A stretch of 64,000 bases of DNA, taken from IMG/VR virus record IMGVR_UViG_3300011187_000002. One strand, written 5' to 3'. A program made the translations under genes and the position numbers. Below are positions 63,973 to 64,000 of this stretch, piece by piece; positions within the stretch are counted from its first letter, which is position 1, and the number at the start of each line of letters is the position of its first letter. Under the pieces are notes generated by a model. That model was given only the letters and a program-made list of their open reading frames with translations. It was not told the origin of the DNA and made no database searches. Source of the stretch: a virus. Its lineage: Duplodnaviria > Heunggongvirae > Uroviricota > Caudoviricetes.

Positions 63973-64000
63973 AGTTCTTCGTAATAGTGCGATCTTAACG

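Noticed and set aside
945-63984. The many other short overlapping ORFs in the track (e.g. 16994-17557, 19078-19557, 45023-45643)
   Set aside because: They lie opposite or inside well-supported genes and lack SD and motifs; those over the scaffold are low-complexity by-products of its repeats.
1-64000. tRNA, rRNA or tmRNA genes
   Set aside because: No T-loop GTTCRAATC cloverleaf or rRNA signature was seen, and gaps are short; tRNAscan-SE/ARAGORN would confirm.

Overview
This 64-kb window is part of a large tailed dsDNA bacteriophage genome (jumbo/huge-phage type). It is not bacterial chromosome. Nearly all genes are on the minus strand, in two blocks. The virion block (~355-36020) holds neck/head-completion genes, HK97-type major capsid (17030-17917), decoration protein, acidic repeat scaffold, prohead protease, portal, terminase and many small accessory proteins. 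The replication/recombination block (~36090-63972) holds a sigma-region-4 protein, 5'-3' exonuclease, NusG, a bacterial-type clamp and clamp loader (dnaN, dnaX, holA, holB), primase core, two methyltransferase-like genes, a split SbcC plus SbcD, RecA, RuvC, gp32-like SSB, Hc1-like protein, RecD2, LigA and a class II RNR. I saw no tRNA, rRNA or CRISPR array. The strongest new-looking signal is a family of about 9-11 unrelated small proteins sharing a ~25-aa leader (L[RK]xxLI[RK]LGxxxxxLRxH[LI]Rx[LI]L). A second group carries an 'RVA..[YF]' leader, and [KR]-x-A motifs recur in these proteins, the scaffold and the capsid. Together these suggest a capsid-addressing and processing system that loads cargo such as Dps, a ParB/Srx domain and an ART-like domain into the virion. 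Other highlights: a candidate phage late promoter TAAT-N3-YTTRTM; sigma70 promoters with the -10 box in an inverted-repeat loop; early-gene islands inside the late block; a Rad50/SbcC split at the zinc hook; RecA with a duplicated C-terminal domain; and a hairpin-occluded truncated homing-endonuclease gene. Protein calls come from motif recognition by eye, not from database searches.
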